A stretch of 13,911 nt of DNA from Syntrophobacteraceae bacterium. Its GTDB lineage: Bacteria; Desulfobacterota; Syntrophobacteria; Syntrophobacterales; Syntrophobacteraceae. The notes under the pieces were generated by a model, which worked only from the letters and a program-made list of their open reading frames with translations, did not search any database and was not told the DNA's origin. Below, piece after piece: positions 13,694-13,911 of the stretch. The position numbers were made by a program, and so were the translations under genes. Position 1 is the stretch's first letter. Each line of letters begins with the position of its first letter. Location of the stretch: NCBI GenBank assembly GCA_003165235.1, contig PLSV01000176.1, positions 18,090 to 32,000 of the forward strand. The letters are read 5' to 3'.

Positions 13694-13911
13694 CTGATTT
13701 TCGAGTGTAAATAAGACGTTAAGAAAATGAACTTTGTCACAAGCTCCACGTCCCGTTCTCACCTCTCTTACGATTGGTAATAACCTGTTTGGGGGCGTAA
13801 AGAAAGGCAAGTTTTTGCATAGAACCGATTTTGATGTCCCAGTCAAGCTCGAAAACCACCCTCTGATTGAATCAATCGCGGTCGATCTGCCTGCGCCAAG
13901 CCTGAACGACA

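Noticed and set aside
13734-13911. Partial plus-strand ORF at the right edge, reported as a possible PilZ-like gene.
   Set aside because: It has no ATG or GTG start and no convincing SD. Only about 60 codons are visible and the antisense frame is equally open, so it is not supportable as a feature. It is kept as a finding for follow-up only.
1-13911. Search for CRISPR arrays, tRNA/rRNA/tmRNA/RNase P/SRP RNA signatures, IS transposases, integrases, toxin-antitoxin pairs or known defence genes.
   Set aside because: I saw no regularly spaced direct repeats, no T-arm/acceptor-like tRNA structure and none of the conserved RNase P, tmRNA or SRP boxes I checked for. The nearest T-arm look-alike, GGGTCGGATTCC at 1122-1133, lacks a complementary stem. 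No ORF has transposase, recombinase or nuclease motifs. Apart from the repeat-rich spacer, the window reads as ordinary core genome.

Overview
The window looks like core chromosome of a diderm, flagellated bacterium at roughly mid-50s % GC. The gene content hints at Desulfobacterota (Deltaproteobacteria), but this is only an inference. I support 12 protein genes, all called by reading motifs, with no database search run.

**Gene order**
- A 5' fragment of a MutS-related ATPase (minus strand, runs off the left edge).
- A 1.1-kb ORF-poor spacer.
- A tightly packed plus-strand operon: TIGR03960-like radical SAM protein, MacB/LolD-type ABC ATPase, 862-aa double-FtsX permease, MauE/DoxX membrane protein.
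- Ferritin.
- lptF-lptG on the minus strand.
- A stand-alone fliS plus a FliT-like gene.
- A minus-strand trio: small KH (UPF0109/KhpA-like) protein, 88-96-aa Cys-rich protein, GT2-GtrA fusion glycosyltransferase.

**Not found:** rRNA, tRNA, CRISPR array, transposase, integrase or a recognisable defence gene.

**Most unusual sequence:** the 954-2053 spacer. It holds a perfect 23-bp inverted repeat around a 136-nt core, extra copies of the CAGGCCT(TG) core in alternating orientation, and a 14-bp perfect palindrome. It also holds the only three 8-nt A/T homopolymers I could find, and a Shine-Dalgarno (SD)-preceded 57-codon ORF ending 10 nt before the radical SAM gene.

**Caveats:** the other leads are gene-context oddities, and none is a demonstrated novel system. 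All promoter and terminator calls are motif matches by eye and are low confidence.
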